DNA from: Eledone cirrhosa
Lineage: Eukaryota
Direction: 5' to 3'
Assembly (NCBI GenBank): GCA_964016885.1
Contig: OZ024740.1
Location: 298,840,001 to 298,904,000 of the forward strand
Length of the DNA: 64,000 nucleotides
Part shown: positions 63,055-64,000 of the stretch, piece after piece
Position numbering within the stretch: the stretch's first letter is position 1
Layout of the letters: every line of letters begins with the position of its first letter
Translations under genes and position numbers: made by a program
The notes under the pieces: model-generated
Told to the model about the DNA's origin: nothing
The model's input: the letters and a program-made list of their open reading frames with translations, nothing else
Databases searched by the model: none

Positions 63055-63700
63055 AAGTGTGGGGTGCATAACTGGATGTTAGGTGTACCAGAGTTAATGG
63101 AATGTGTTGTTAGAGAGTGACCCATTGACACACACTCTGTAAACCTGTCATATCAGGTATCTTTCAATTCAAGAGATGAGAGACAAATGAAGCCTATGAC
63201 TGGCAAAGTATCCAGGAGAGTCTTGTACCAGTCATGATCAAATACTTTCCTAATATCATGATCAAACACTTTCCAAGTGAAATGGCATTGGTTTTAACAA
63301 ATTTCTCAAGGCTTTGGGACTATTGGTAAGCAACACAAATATAAAGGTATCAAGTAGATCTGCAGAAGCTGTACTATTGTTAATCTCTGTAGAGAGAAAG
63401 AGAGAGGAGCTGGAATAGGTTATTTGTTTCTATCATCTTAAACCTGTTACATGTCACAAGAGTTGGTCAATATTGACAGGACTGGTGTATATGTGTATGT
63501 GGTGATGAGACTAATGGAGGGGAACAGAAAAGCTTGGGAAGAGTTTTGTTGCTTGTGTCTGTTGTAGAGTTCAATCTAAAGTGACCAGCAAACGTTGAGG
63601 CTCTCTCCTTTGAAGTGTTGCTTATGGTGCCATCTTGGCTGAGGAGCAGTGACTACAAAGATTTGTTGGTAGGAATTCTTTTGTTAAAGGACCAGAATGA
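63055..63700 (-). mobile_element. Highly decayed CR1/Jockey-type reverse transcriptase fragment
   Basis: Minus-strand remnants AISL, DIRKVFDHDWYKTLL, VCVNGSLS and SINSGTP resemble DISKAFDRVWH..LL and V.V.G..S....INSGVPQGS. Confidence 0.55.
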
Positions 63701-64000
63701 CTGGCTGCAATTTTGGAGGCAGCAGTGCTTGTAAGCTATGTGATGTATGAAGATATATTTTGCTTTTCCTATTATATTTTTGTGGGATTCACAGTAGTGT
63801 GTACAAGCTACATATTAATGGAGGTGGGGGAAGTTTTTCAGGTGTTTTAAGTTATTATTTTCATCGGTACTGATGCAGCACACTTTGCATGTGAAATACT
63901 TAGGGGATTTGGATTATTAGCTTTAGTTGTGTAAGAGATATTATAGATCAAAGATTTTAGGTGCCTGCTTAGCGGCCTGTGATAGGTCATGTGTGCAGCA

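Overview
AT-rich, microsatellite-dense eukaryotic DNA, almost all intronic or intergenic, with one 200-N assembly gap. The repeat families look like those of an octopod cephalopod; this is an inference, as no taxonomic marker is present. The only recognisable host coding sequence is one 64-nt exon of PNPT1 (PNPase) at 1397-1460. The rest is layered transposons: young RTE-clade LINEs with a PHD-type finger inserted after the RT core and (GAT)n tails, a tRNA-derived SINE sharing that LINE's 3' UTR, many copies of a Nin/Deu-domain-like SINE, R4/Dong, CRE and CR1-like relics, Penelope-like fragments, a near-intact DD37D (maT) transposon, a decayed Chapaev3-like transposon and several MITE families. 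The most notable signals are an intact-looking type I hammerhead ribozyme inside a Penelope-style inverted repeat (about 27.86-28.11 kb), the mosaic of template-switch junctions beside it, apparent targeting of (TA)n tracts by RTE/SINE insertions, and two minisatellites amplified from coding segments of a dead R4/Dong element. Most ORFs in the supplied track are microsatellite or antisense artefacts. Family names come from motif recognition, not database searches, and boundaries of degenerate elements are approximate.
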